Assembly (NCBI GenBank): GCA_965203485.1
Contig: OZ241892.1
Location: 992,001 to 1,056,000 of the forward strand
Direction of reading: 5' to 3'
From: Longimicrobiales bacterium
Lineage (GTDB): Bacteria; Gemmatimonadota; Gemmatimonadetes; Longimicrobiales; Gaopeijiaceae
DNA length: 64,000 nucleotides
Part shown: positions 22,141 through 32,270 of the stretch, in pieces
Layout of the letters: every line of letters starts with the position of its first letter
Numbering within the stretch: the first letter of the stretch is position 1
Made by a program: the position numbers and the translations under genes
Notes under the pieces: model-generated
The model's input: only the letters and a program-made list of their open reading frames with translations
The model's database searches: none
Told to the model about the DNA's origin: nothing

Positions 22141-24098
22141 GCGGCGCTTCCCCGCCGGTCTCCGAGAGCCCGCCGCCGAACGCTTCCGGGATTCGAGTCG
22201 CGCTCCCCGACGGCCGCGATCTCCAACTGCCTCCGGGCGCCACCGCCGCCGACCTCGCCGCCCGCATCGGCCCCGGCCTTGCGCGCGCCGCTCTGGCCGC
22301 CGTCGTCGACGGCGAGACCGTCGATCTGTCCCGCCCCCTTCCGGACCGCGCCACGGTCCGCCTGCTCACGGACCGCGACCCCGAGGCGCTGCCCGTGCTT
22401 CGCCACTCCGCCGCCCACGTCCTCGCCACGGCCGTCCGCGAGGTCGTGCCCGGCGCCGGCATCGGCTTCGGCCCGGCGATCGACGACGGCTTCTACTACG
22501 ACTTCGACGTGCCCGAACCCTTCACCCCCGAGCAGGTCGAGGCCATCGAGCGGCGGATGGCCGGCGTGGCGCGCGCCGACCACCCCTTCGAACGCCGCGT
22601 CGTCTCCCGCGACGAAGCCCGCGACCTCTTCGCCGACGACCCCCTCAAGCTGGAGCGCCTCGAGGAGCTGGCCGACGACGAGACCATCACCGTGTACGAG
22701 AACGGCCCGTTCCTCGACCTTTGCCGCGGACCCCACGTCCCCAGCACGGGCCGCCTGAAGCACTACAAGCTTCTCGCGGCCGCCGGGGCCTACTGGCGCG
22801 GCGACGAGAACCGCCAGATGCTGCAGCGCATCTACGGCACGGCCTTCTTCCGCAAGTCCGACCTCGACGCCCACCTGCACCGCCTCGAAGAGGCCAAGAA
22901 GCGGGACCACCGCGTCCTCGGCAAGCAGCTCGACCTCTATTCCATCCAAGAAGAAGTCGGCTCCGGGCTCGTCCTCTGGCATCCGAACGGCGGGCGCGTC
23001 CGCCACGTGATCGAGGACTTCCTCAAGCGCACGCTCGTCGAGCACGGCTACGAGCTCGTCTTCACCCCGCACGTGGCCAGCGAGGAACTCTACCGCCTGT
23101 CGGGCCACCTCGACGTCTTCGCCGACGACATGTTCCCGCCCATGGCGGACGACGGCGACCGGTTCCGGCTCAAGCCGATGAACTGCCCGCACCACTTCAT
23201 GATCTACCGCTCGGCCACCCGTTCCTACCGCGACCTGCCGTTGCGCTACGCCGAGCTGGGCACTTGCTACCGCTACGAGCGCTCGGGCGCCCTGCACGGC
23301 ATGTTGCGCGTGCGCGCGTTCACGCAGGACGACGCCCACGTCTTCATCCGCGAGGACCAGATCGAAGAGGAGTACGGCCGCCTGCTCGACCTCGAGGACT
23401 ACCTGCTGGGCGTCTTCGGCTACGAGTACCGCACGGCCTTGTCCACGCGGCCCGAGAAGGCCATCGGCGACCCGGCCGTCTACGACGCGGCCTCCGAGCG
23501 ACTGGCCTCCGTCCTGCGCGACCGCGGCTTGGACTACGAGCTCGACGAGGGCGGCGGCGCCTTCTACGGCCCCAAGGTGGACGTCCTGGTCACCGACGCG
23601 CTGGGCCGGGAATGGCAGGGCGGCACGTTCCAGCTCGACTTCCTCATGCCGGAGCGCTTCGGCCTGGAGTACGTGGGCGCGGACAACCGGCCGCACAAGG
23701 CCGTGGTCGTCCACCGCACGCTCCTGGGGTCGATGGAGCGCTTCGTGGGCGGCCTCGTGGAGCACTACGCCGGCGCGTTTCCGCTGTGGCTGGCGCCCTG
23801 CCAAGTGCGGGTGCTCCCGGTGTCGGAGCCGTGGGCGGGCTCGGCGCGCGAACTGGCGGCGCGGCTGGCCGTGGAGGGCTTGCGGGCCGAGATGCACGAG
23901 CGCGAGACGCTGTCGTACCGCATTCGGGCGGCCGAAACGCAGAAGGTCCCCTACATGGCGATCGTGGGCGAGCGCGAAGCCGAGGCGGGCACGGTGGCCG
24001 TCCGCAAGCGGGGCGCCGGCCGCAAGCAGGAGACGATGACGAGGCAGGCCTTCGCGGAGCGGTTGCTGGAGGAAGTGGCTTCGCGGGCGCTGGGGTGA
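22137..24098 (+). CDS. thrS: threonine--tRNA ligase
   Basis: TGS domain, RHSAAHVLA, DLCRGPHV, RDHRVLG, KPMNCP, GAFYGPK, GSMERF. Confidence 0.98.
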   Translation: MSGASPPVSESPPPNASGIRVALPDGRDLQLPPGATAADLAARIGPGLARAALAAVVDGETVDLSRPLPDRATVRLLTDRDPEALPVLRHSAAHVLATAVREVVPGAGIGFGPAIDDGFYYDFDVPEPFTPEQVEAIERRMAGVARADHPFERRVVSRDEARDLFADDPLKLERLEELADDETITVYENGPFLDLCRGPHVPSTGRLKHYKLLAAAGAYWRGDENRQMLQRIYGTAFFRKSDLDAHLHRLEEAKKRDHRVLGKQLDLYSIQEEVGSGLVLWHPNGGRVRHVIEDFLKRTLVEHGYELVFTPHVASEELYRLSGHLDVFADDMFPPMADDGDRFRLKPMNCPHHFMIYRSATRSYRDLPLRYAELGTCYRYERSGALHGMLRVRAFTQDDAHVFIREDQIEEEYGRLLDLEDYLLGVFGYEYRTALSTRPEKAIGDPAVYDAASERLASVLRDRGLDYELDEGGGAFYGPKVDVLVTDALGREWQGGTFQLDFLMPERFGLEYVGADNRPHKAVVVHRTLLGSMERFVGGLVEHYAGAFPLWLAPCQVRVLPVSEPWAGSARELAARLAVEGLRAEMHERETLSYRIRAAETQKVPYMAIVGEREAEAGTVAVRKRGAGRKQETMTRQAFAERLLEEVASRALG

Positions 24099-24283
24099 GG
24101 GGAGGGTGTCGGCGTGGGATGGGGGGCATTCGGCTCTCCTGGCGTTTCCGTGCGCCGGGCGGGCTCTGTCGTGCCAGTCGGCACCGGTTCCCGCGACGAC
24201 GCCATGTCCGCAGACGCCTTGTCTCGCAACGCGACTTGACGGTTGGCGGCTCTCCTTGGAGCCCCCGGCCCTCGGATCCACCG

Positions 24284-24312
24284 TTGCCATTCCTGGCGAA
24301 CTTGCTTAACTT
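24284..24312 (+). promoter_or_regulatory. sigma70-like promoter of cassette A
   Basis: TTGCCA-N17-TAACTT; block 24240-24391 is homologous to 27722-27871. Confidence 0.6.
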
Positions 24313-24388
24313 GAGTGTGCGAGTCGTCCGCGTCTCGGCGAACGCAGAGGCACGAACATTGACCTTTCGCCAACTGGAGGGTTCCCGC

Positions 24389-24889
24389 ATGAAGGACGGA
24401 TGCCGAATTCCCCACTTCCTCGTCGCCGGACTGCTTTCGGCGGCCTTCCACATTGGCGTTGCCCCGGTGGCGGCTGGGGTCATCCAATCCCCCCCCCCCC
24501 CCCCCTTCGCTCTTCGTAGGCGCGGCGGCGGCGGACGGTGACGTAGAGTTGGCCGTCCGTCAGCGGCTTTCCGGCCACATGACGGCTGATGATCAACCGG
24601 GCACGACTTCGGTCCAACTCTTGGTGCCCGTCGGTCCCCTAGTCTCGCAGGTGCGCTCAACGGCAAGTTGTAGCTATTACGGGATGGTACGTGAGGCCGT
24701 GTTGTGCGTAATCGGGTGGGGTATACCGGCACTGAAGGATGGAGAATGGGACGAAAGACCTTGAGGGCGATCAGGGATGGCGTGAACGTTCTCGATGCGG
24801 TGTCGATGGTTCTTGGGAGCTTCTTTTGTATGGAGATATACGAGTCCTACGAGGCTTGGGAGCAATGCCGCCGAGGCGGCGAGTGCTAG
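24389..24889 (+). pseudogene. cassette A: secreted protein with the conserved signal-leader family and a bacteriocin-like Cys-containing C-terminus; frameshifted at the C17 tract and near 24738
   Basis: MKDGCRIPHFLVAGLLSAAFHIGVAPVAAGVIQSP aligns with the 40101 and 31754 leaders; continues SLFVGAAAADGDVE in another frame; ends ...[22 protein letters not shown]. Confidence 0.6.
24489..24505. repeat. poly-C tract (17 nt) inside the cassette A gene
   Basis: Seen directly; the paralog at ~40200 has TCCCCCTC. Confidence 0.9.
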
Positions 24890-24993
24890 CCGGAGGGCGA
24901 CGATTGAAGCTCCGAGAGAATGAAACGTGGGTGCGAGAGTATTTGCGATTCCCTTTTCGACGCGGTGTTCCAGTGCTTGGAAAAGCGGAAGAA

Positions 24994-26604
24994 ATGCTCA
25001 TGGTCGCCCTTGGCCGATGGCCGATCCGCACGTCAATCACATCCCTAGCTGTCATTTGTGGACCCATACTCCTAGTCGACTATAGCACCAGCGACGCCGT
25101 CTGGTTCCTCATGAAGCCCGTTATCCAGGCCACGGTGTTGTTCCTAACGTACCTCGGCGTCAAAAACCTTGTTTGTTTAGTAGCGCGGTTGGGGTACGCC
25201 GTAGCCCGCAGGGATATGGGGGAGGACAAGTTGGAGCAGGAAGGCGATGGCCGGTCGACGCCAGCCGGTCGAGGGGGAGATTGCCCGACGGTGGTGCTCG
25301 TGCTCGCTCTCTTGCCGTTGCCCGTGTTCGGTCAGCAGGTCGTGGAGTTGCCGGTGGCCGAGCGGTTGCTCCGAGGCGAATTCGAGGAAGTCTTGCGGAT
25401 CGGAGGTCGCGAAGCGGACGACTGGCGTTCCCTTGTTGACGTGACCAGCGTCGGCTTCGACGAGGACGGGAAGTTGTTCATCGGCGATTTCTCGTCGGCT
25501 GGACTTCGGATCGTCGTCCTGGATGCGGATGGGGATCTCGTGGCGGAATTCGGCCGAAGAGGAGACGGTCCGAGCGAGTTTCGCGGTGCGGCGATGCGTT
25601 TGATCGCACTCGGCGACGGACGCGTTGCGGTGCCCGACAACGGGCATGGCGGATACCATGTCTTCGACGCCGGCGGCGAGTGGAAAGAGATGGTCCGGTT
25701 TTCGTCCGACGCGGCCGGGGACGTCTCCATGCGAATGCCGGAAGTCGTCCGGAACAGGAACTGGGCGCCGGATCGCACGGGTGGCCTGCTGTCGCGTGTC
25801 GCGCATGTGGCTGGCATGACGATGGATTCCGTCGAGCTGTCCATGTTCATGTCCGAAACGGAGGGTCCGCGACAGGTCGAGCGCGTCCTTCTCGAAGGCG
25901 ACGAGGCGCGCCATGAAGTCGTCGTTTCCGGCTGGACGCCGCCGGGGGCGGAGCGCGCTCGGTTGATCGGCATGGGGGACCTCATGGAAGATGCCATCGA
26001 GCTCGGCGACCCCGGCGCGCCGGCGCTCCTGCCCAAGTTTCTGTTCGCGGCGTTGCCGAACGGCGGGATCGCGTACTCGGATTCCTCGGCCTACGCGATA
26101 CATGTCGCGAGCGCCGGCGGCGAGGTCGAGCGGACATTGCGTCGCGCCGTGATGCCTCGCCGGGTCACGGGCGAAGTGCGCGACGCATACCGGCAATGGC
26201 GGTTGCGACGCGTGGAGCAGGAGGAGGACGAAGAGCTTGCGGCTCTCCAGCGCGAACTCGTCAAGCAGGTGGACTTCTACGACGAAGTTCCGGTGCTTGA
26301 CGGCCTGCGGGCCACTTGGGCCGGCACGTTGTGGGTCTTGCGCACTCCGGAGAGCGGCTTTCCGTGGGAAGTGGACGAAGCAGTGGACGTGCTCCCGCTG
26401 GGACGGGACCTCCTCGAGCTTGGCCGCGAGCCCGCGGCCATCGACGTCGTCGCGCTGGACGGACGCTACGTCGGCACGTTCCCGGCTGGGGCGACGCCGA
26501 TGCCGGTTGCGTTCGGCCCCGGCGGACTGGCGGCGTTCGTGGAGCTCGACGAGCTGGACGTGCCGACCGTGGTCGTGCGCAGGTTGCCGACGGAAGTGCG
26601 GTAG
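24994..26604 (+). CDS. 6-bladed beta-propeller (NHL/TolB-like) secreted protein; the propeller gene may start at ~25291, with an upstream 2-TM segment in the same frame
   Basis: [48 protein letters not shown]; signal-like [16 protein letters not shown]. Confidence 0.75.
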   Translation: MLMVALGRWPIRTSITSLAVICGPILLVDYSTSDAVWFLMKPVIQATVLFLTYLGVKNLVCLVARLGYAVARRDMGEDKLEQEGDGRSTPAGRGGDCPTVVLVLALLPLPVFGQQVVELPVAERLLRGEFEEVLRIGGREADDWRSLVDVTSVGFDEDGKLFIGDFSSAGLRIVVLDADGDLVAEFGRRGDGPSEFRGAAMRLIALGDGRVAVPDNGHGGYHVFDAGGEWKEMVRFSSDAAGDVSMRMPEVVRNRNWAPDRTGGLLSRVAHVAGMTMDSVELSMFMSETEGPRQVERVLLEGDEARHEVVVSGWTPPGAERARLIGMGDLMEDAIELGDPGAPALLPKFLFAALPNGGIAYSDSSAYAIHVASAGGEVERTLRRAVMPRRVTGEVRDAYRQWRLRRVEQEEDEELAALQRELVKQVDFYDEVPVLDGLRATWAGTLWVLRTPESGFPWEVDEAVDVLPLGRDLLELGREPAAIDVVALDGRYVGTFPAGATPMPVAFGPGGLAAFVELDELDVPTVVVRRLPTEVR

Positions 26605-26721
26605 CGAGCGTGTCGATGGACAGTCCCTTTGCGTGGGCTCGCCAGTCCGTGGACGCCGTGCGGCTCAGGGCTCCGGCTTTGTGGGCGGTTGGCGTTGCGA
26701 TCGTCTTGGGCGGCCTCGTTC

Positions 26722-27576
26722 GCGTTGCGCGTCTTGGTGCGCCGCAGCTGGGAAGCGAGCCGGCGGACGCACGGGCGGCCGCGCATCCACGCCGGTCTCG
26801 CGGCCTGGGGCGAGCGCGTCGGTCCGAAGCGCGTCGCCCGCCTCATGCGCGAGGAGGGCATCGAGGGCGCGAGCCGCAGGCGCCGCAAGGCGGCGCTGAC
26901 GGTGCGCGACGCCGACGCGCGCCTGGCTCCGGACTTGGTCGAGCGCGACTTCAGCGCCGAAGGCCCCGACCAGCTCTGGGTCGCCGACATCACGCACGTG
27001 CCGGCCGGGCCGGATGGCTCTACCTGGCCGTCGTCGTCGACGCCTGGAGCCGCCGCGTCGTCGGCTGGGCCATGGAGACGCACCTGCGCGGCGAACTCGT
27101 CGAGCGCGCGCTCGCCATGGCCGTCGAGAACCGCTGTCCAGAGACCGTGATCCATCATTCGGACCAGGGGTCGCAGTACACGTCCTCGGCGTTCGGCGAG
27201 CGGTGCAGGAAGGCCGGCGTGCGTCGCTCGACGGGCTCGGTGGGCGACGCCTACGACAACGCGATGTGCGAGAGCTTCTTCGCCACGTTGGAATGCGAGT
27301 TGCTCGACCGTTGCCAGTTCAACAAGTCCGGCCGAAGCCCGGCGCGCCGTCTTCGCCTTCATCGAAGGCTTCTACAACTCGCGGCGCCGACTCTCGGCGC
27401 TCGACTGCGAATCCCCGCCGGCTTCGAGCGCAAGCGTGCGGTCGCGTAGGTGCACCGACCCCCTCGACACGAGGCCGTTCGGCGCCCTTGCGCCTCCGTC
27501 CTTCCCAAAGTCATGTTTCACATCGCACTACCTGAACCCAAGATCCTTGCCCGTCCACCATACCGGGTCAACTCCA
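26722..27576 (+). mobile_element. IS3-family remnant (orfB part plus right IR), 5'-truncated and frameshifted
   Basis: LWVADIT, DAWSRRVVGW, HHSDQGSQY, DNAMCESFF; ends ...GTCCACCATACCGGGTCAACTCCA; near-identical inverted copy at 36760-37610. Confidence 0.9.
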
Positions 27577-27720
27577 GTGCAACTTTTTGTCCCACGGACC
27601 CAAGTAGCTACTGTTCGTTTGTTGGCCACGAAGCCTCCGGAACTTGCAGTCGCGAGGCCTGCTCAATGGCGCATTTATCTTCCCAACAACCATTACATGC
27701 GATCCAGCCTTGCGATAGAG
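27577..27720 (+). pseudogene. IS-truncated variant allele of the 6-Cys peptide core at 34252-34397
   Basis: ATFCPTDPSSYCSFVGHEASGTCSREACSM vs ATFCPTDPSSFCLFLGHGASGTCSREACSM. Confidence 0.85.
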
Positions 27721-27767
27721 CGGCGGGCTGGCGGCTCCCTTCTTGAGCCCGGCCGTCGGATCCGAAT

Positions 27768-27796
27768 TTGTCATTTCGCGACGACTTGCTTAAATT
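27768..27796 (+). promoter_or_regulatory. sigma70-like promoter of cassette C
   Basis: TTGTCA-N17-TAAATT; AGGAG RBS before ATG 27869. Confidence 0.6.
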
Positions 27797-27868
27797 GCTT
27801 GGCGAGTCGCGTCTTGGCGAGCGCGGAGGGCTCCCAACATCAATTCCTTGCCAACAGGAGATTCTCGC

Positions 27869-28123
27869 ATGAACGGCAAGAGAAGGAAAGCACGGCGTTG
27901 GAAGAGCATCTCATTCGTTCTGCCCATCGTTGGCATCGTGCTGGCGACGGGGACCTTCACGACTCCGAAGACGCTGGTCGGCCAGATTGACAACGAATGC
28001 GCCGCCGACGCGATCGCGCGGCACGCCGAGTGCATCGAGAAACGTAGGACGTGGTTGGGCGAGAGGATTTGCGACGCCACGCTGGCCGCGAGGTTGTTGC
28101 TTTGCTTGGTCGACACGCTCTAG
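27869..28123 (+). CDS. cassette C: 84-aa secreted peptide with twin CX10C motif
   Basis: Basic n-region plus hydrophobic h-region; mature C-x10-C-x12-C-x10-C. Confidence 0.75.
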   Translation: MNGKRRKARRWKSISFVLPIVGIVLATGTFTTPKTLVGQIDNECAADAIARHAECIEKRRTWLGERICDATLAARLLLCLVDTL

Positions 28124-28219
28124 TCGAGACTTAGAGTCTTGCAGCGGCGTCGCGACTGCAGGGACGACGCCCCCCGCACAGCACTTAGCACGGTAGCGGT
28201 GGCGGTCGCAACAACCGTC

Positions 28220-29260
28220 ATGGCGACGAGCCTCGTGTGGGGCGTGCTGGCTACCCGCTCGTTCCAAGGCGTCTCGGATTCTCGCGGTTCAGACGACACC
28301 GTAGGCTTTGGCGATGCCGGGGCGACGGTATCGCCTCCGCCCGGTGCGACGGCCTTCTCCGAAGTGTTGTCGGCAACCGACGCCGACCTTCGGGATTCTG
28401 TTTGGTTCGTCCTCGACAGGAGAGGACGCCGCGTGCACCGGTTCGGGGAGTCGGGTGCGCTTCTCGGGACTTTCGCGCGGGAGGGAAGGGGTCCGGGCGA
28501 GCTGTCGTTTCCCTCCGCGGTGGCTGTTCATCGCGACACGGTGGTGGTGGCCGACGGGCTCGCCATTCTGCTGTACGCGCCTAGCGGCGAGCACATCGAG
28601 GACCGCAGGTTCTCCTTCGACGGTTGCTGGGCGCCTCGCATCACGGACGTCAACTCGGGCCCGCTCGGTCTTCTCTTCCTAGTTCGTTGTACGAGCCGGG
28701 CGCGGGAAAGCGCGGTGTTTCTCGCGGCCGCGGACGGGCGTGCCCGGCGACTCGCCGTCCTTTCTGCGAAGGGGCGCGGAAACGTGTTGAGCTTCGCGTC
28801 CACACCCGTCGTCAGCGCCCATGGTGGCGGCTTCGTGTTTGGCGATGCGCGGTCGGACTGCTTGGACTTGTTCGACGGCGGCGGCGCGCCCAAGCGGCGC
28901 TTCTGCCACGACTGGATGCCGCGCCTGCCCTTGTCCAGGCAGGAAAGGGACGACGTGGAGGAGGAGCTTCGAGGCCTCGCGGGCGCGGCGGGACTTCGCT
29001 GGGACGTTCCGGCGAGCCTCCCTCCGTTCGACCGGGTGTTCGCGCTGGAAGGCGGAAGACTGGCCTACCGCGCCCTGGCCCGGGACTCGAGCGGAGAGGC
29101 GACGATGTTTCGATTGGTCGTCCAAGGCGAGACGGGCGACGCGCTGGCGCTTCCGGTGCCTCTCGCCTCGGCCGTGTTCGCTTCGGGCGAGTCCGCGCTG
29201 GCCGCGTGGGAGGCCGTGGACGCCATGCACGTCGCCGTGTATTCCTTGCGGGACTTCTGA
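28220..29260 (+). CDS. beta-propeller (NHL/6-bladed) protein, N-terminal anchor (start uncertain)
   Basis: WFVLDRRGRRVHRF, FAREGRGPGELSFPSAVAV, VVVADG. Confidence 0.75.
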   Translation: MATSLVWGVLATRSFQGVSDSRGSDDTVGFGDAGATVSPPPGATAFSEVLSATDADLRDSVWFVLDRRGRRVHRFGESGALLGTFAREGRGPGELSFPSAVAVHRDTVVVADGLAILLYAPSGEHIEDRRFSFDGCWAPRITDVNSGPLGLLFLVRCTSRARESAVFLAAADGRARRLAVLSAKGRGNVLSFASTPVVSAHGGGFVFGDARSDCLDLFDGGGAPKRRFCHDWMPRLPLSRQERDDVEEELRGLAGAAGLRWDVPASLPPFDRVFALEGGRLAYRALARDSSGEATMFRLVVQGETGDALALPVPLASAVFASGESALAAWEAVDAMHVAVYSLRDF

Positions 29261-29264
29261 CTCT

Positions 29265-30005
29265 GTGAACACTGCGCTCGAGCCGGCTCCGGTCCGAGTC
29301 GAGGCGTTGGCGGCGTCGTACCGGAGAGTTCTGCGCCGCCAAGCGGTGCTTCACGACGTGGAGATGGCGGTGGAGCCGGGCGAAGTTGCGGCGCTGGTGG
29401 GGCCGAACGGGGCGGGGAAGACGACGCTTTTGAGGATCCTGCTGGGCTTCAAGCAGCCCGACCGCGGGCAGTGCGCCGTCGCCGGCCTGTCCCCGAAGGA
29501 GTATCGGCGCCGCCGGGGCGTGGGATACCTCCCGGAGTCGCTGGTCTTTCCGCGTGTGTGGACATGCCGCGACTTTCTAGGGCGAAGCGCGGACCTGTCC
29601 GCCGAGCCGTCGCAGCGGCGGGCGGTCTTCGCGCGCTCGGTGGCGAGGAGCGGTCTCGACGCCGCGGCGCTCGGCAAGCCCGCCCGGCTGTGCTCGAAGG
29701 GCATGCGCAGGCGGCTCGGGCTCGCGCACGCTCTTGCCGCCGAACCGGCGCTCGTCGTGCTCGACGAGCCGTTCTCGGGGCTGGACCCGCGGGCGCGCGC
29801 GGCGTTGCGAGAGGAAGTGCAGGCGGCCCGGGAGCGCGGCGCCGCCGTGCTGTTCGCGAGTCACGAGACGGCCGAAGTGCAACGGCTGGCCGACCGCGTC
29901 TTCATTCTGGCGGATGGACGGACGCGGCCCGGACCCGCGCGTTCCGGCGACCCCGCGGCCGACTTGGCCGCCCTGGAGGCCGAACTTCTGCGCGGCGACC
30001 GGTGA
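29265..30005 (+). CDS. ABC transporter ATP-binding protein
   Basis: GPNGAGKTT, CSKGMRRR signature, LDEPFSGLD, SH. Confidence 0.92.
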   Translation: MNTALEPAPVRVEALAASYRRVLRRQAVLHDVEMAVEPGEVAALVGPNGAGKTTLLRILLGFKQPDRGQCAVAGLSPKEYRRRRGVGYLPESLVFPRVWTCRDFLGRSADLSAEPSQRRAVFARSVARSGLDAAALGKPARLCSKGMRRRLGLAHALAAEPALVVLDEPFSGLDPRARAALREEVQAARERGAAVLFASHETAEVQRLADRVFILADGRTRPGPARSGDPAADLAALEAELLRGDR

Positions 30006-30733
30006 CCGACCGGCTCTTGCCGGCGCCGAAGCGACTCGCGTTGGTTGCTCGCGAGAACGCCCGTGGCTTCGCAGCGCTCGTCGCGTTCGCCGGAGCCTTG
30101 TACGGGTTGTATGCGATGATCGAAGACGCGACGGAGTCGTGGATGGACGTTGCGCCCCGCCTGCTGGCCGTCCTTGCGCCCTTGGTGGTCGTGGGCAGCT
30201 TCCGCCAGAGGATGGCCGGCGCATCCGCTCTCTGGCTCCAGAGGCCGGTGGACCCGTTGCGCTTCCACTTCGCCCGCTTCCTCGAGGTCGCGTCGGTCGC
30301 GGTGGTCTCCGCGGCGCTGTTTCGCTGCACGGCCGTGGCCATCGGTCTGGCGGGCGGCTGGGAGCCCGAAGCGCATCCGTTGCAGCCTCTGCCGACGGAC
30401 GTCTTGAGAGCGGTTGCGATCGCCGCCGTCGGCTTCGGCCTGTCCTGTTGGTGGGGCGAGCGCGGCAGGCTGGCCGCCTGCGCCTACTTTGCGCTTTCCA
30501 TGGCCGCGGCCGTGCAGATGCTCTTGGCCGGCGCGGGTGAAGAGCCATGGACCCAGGTCGTTCGCGCGGTGTCCTTGCCCTCTACGGCGAGCCTTGAAGA
30601 GGCGCTTTGGTTCCTCGTCGGCAGCCCCGGCGGCGACGGGCGCGCCGCGGCGTGGTTCCTCGCCTACGTGGCGGCATGGCTGGGCGTGGGTGCGGTCGGC
30701 ATCCGCGCCCTCGCCGAGCAACGGGCCAAGTAG
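30002..30733 (+). CDS. putative ABC-2 type permease
   Basis: About 6 hydrophobic helices; translationally coupled to the ATPase. Confidence 0.7.
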   Translation: MTDRLLPAPKRLALVARENARGFAALVAFAGALYGLYAMIEDATESWMDVAPRLLAVLAPLVVVGSFRQRMAGASALWLQRPVDPLRFHFARFLEVASVAVVSAALFRCTAVAIGLAGGWEPEAHPLQPLPTDVLRAVAIAAVGFGLSCWWGERGRLAACAYFALSMAAAVQMLLAGAGEEPWTQVVRAVSLPSTASLEEALWFLVGSPGGDGRAAAWFLAYVAAWLGVGAVGIRALAEQRAK

Positions 30734-30781
30734 GCCACCGAGCCGTCGGTCTCGTATCAGGTCCCGCCATTTCCGCGCGGC

Positions 30782-31222
30782 CTTCGGCCTGGAGTACGTG
30801 GGCGCGGACAACCGCCCGCACAAGGCCGTGGTCGTCCACCGCACGCTCCTGGGGTCGATGGAGCGCTTCGTGGGCGGGCCTGGTGGAGCACTACGCCGGC
30901 GCGTTTCCGCTGTGGCTGGCGCCCTGTCAGGCGCGGGTGCTCCCGGTGTCGGAGCCGTGGGCGGGCTCGGCGCGCGAACTGGCGGCGCAGCTGGCCGCGG
31001 ACGGCCTGCGGACCGAGGTGCATGAACGCGAGACGCTGTCGTACCGCATCCGGGCCGCCGAGACGCAGAAGGTCCCCTACATGGCGATCGTGGGCGAGCG
31101 CGAAGCGGGGGCGGGCACGGTGGCCGTCCGCAAGCGGGGCGCCGGGCGCAAGCAGGAAACGATGACGAGGCGGGCCTTCGCGGAGCGGTTGCTGGAGGAA
31201 GCGGCTTCGGGGGCGCTGGGGT
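30782..31222 (+). repeat. diverged duplicate of the thrS 3' end (23657-24096), with a frameshift near 30876
   Basis: [29 protein letters not shown]...AFAERLLEE repeated with scattered substitutions. Confidence 0.95.
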
Positions 31223-31244
31223 CGCGCAAGCCGAGCGGCATGCC

Positions 31245-31463
31245 ATGACGGTTGCCGCCTTCGACACGCATCGAGCCGTGCGCCGCCTCGAAGCGGCCGG
31301 AATGGAGACTCGGCAAGCCGAAGCCATCGTGTCGGAAATGCGCGAAGCGGCTGGGGCCGACCGCAGCGAACTGGTCACGCGCGGCGAACTCTACCGTGCC
31401 CTATGGATTTCGGGCGCCGGCATCGTCGCCATCCTGACCGCGCTTCGGTTTCTGCCGATCTGA
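31245..31463 (+). CDS. DUF1640/CCDC90-like small protein
   Basis: FDTHRAVRRLEAAGMETRQAEAIV...LVTRGEL plus C-terminal TM helix. Confidence 0.75.
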   Translation: MTVAAFDTHRAVRRLEAAGMETRQAEAIVSEMREAAGADRSELVTRGELYRALWISGAGIVAILTALRFLPI

Positions 31464-31753
31464 TCGGTCGCGCCGTGGCGCCGGCCACGATCTGGCGGAT
31501 GGTCCCGGACGGCGCGGGTCGTGCCGAGCCCCCTCGTCGGTGGCGGTCGCAATGGTTCCAATCCCTCGAACTCTTTGCCCGCAGGGGCGGCGGTGGAGTC
31601 GCGTTCGCATACCTGCAGAATGTCGTCCGAGAGCGGACTTGACGGGCATGGCCGACTGGTTACGTTGACAGAAGCAGGTTCTTTTGCCTCGCCGCGCCCT
31701 GGCGAGCGCGGAAGGCTCGTCCCTATCGTCCGTCATCGAGAGGAACTCGCGCC

Positions 31754-32270
31754 ATGAACGACAGATGCCGACTCTCCCAGCTTGTGTTCGCCGGACTGCT
31801 TTCGGCGGCTTGCCATGCTGGCTTTGCCCCGGTCGCCGGAGCCAGTCAGCTCCCCCTGTTCCCGTGTTCGCTTGGCTTGACGTGGCCGAGGGAGACGTAG
31901 AGGTAGCTGAAGCGTCGGCAATATCCCGGCATCTTGCTGTTGACGCCGACGGCATCGCAACGGACGTCAAGGACGAGTGCGGGCTCCATCTCACGGTGTC
32001 CGTCTTGGCCGACACCTCGCTTCCGCAAGAGCGTGGAGCGCCCTCCATCCGTTCCGATGCGGGCTACTGCCCGAATGGGCCAGCGAGGGCAGGATCACGC
32101 CCAGCAGCGGCGCTCCAGGCGAGATTGACGGAATTGAAGTCACGGTGTGCAAACTCAGGGGCGAACGGGTGGTTTACTTCGAGACTGACGCCATGGGCAG
32201 GGCGACCTTTATCTTTCGATGCGACTACGGTCCCAACTGCAAGCCACGCCCCCACCTGGTGAACATGTAA
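31754..32270 (+). pseudogene. cassette D: secreted Cys-containing protein, paralog of 40101-40577, two frameshifts
   Basis: MNDRCRLSQLVFAGLLSAACHAGFAPVA leader; GAPSIRSDAGYCP/EWASEGRITPSSGAPGEIDG...CDYGP; the second shift is CCC vs CCCC; promoter TTGACG-N16-TACGTT at 31639-31666. Confidence 0.8.

Noticed and set aside
30782..31222. Phage or ICE attR duplication of thrS
   Set aside because: Possible, but no integrase or phage genes are present and the repeat is long and diverged; treated under the recombination-hotspot finding.
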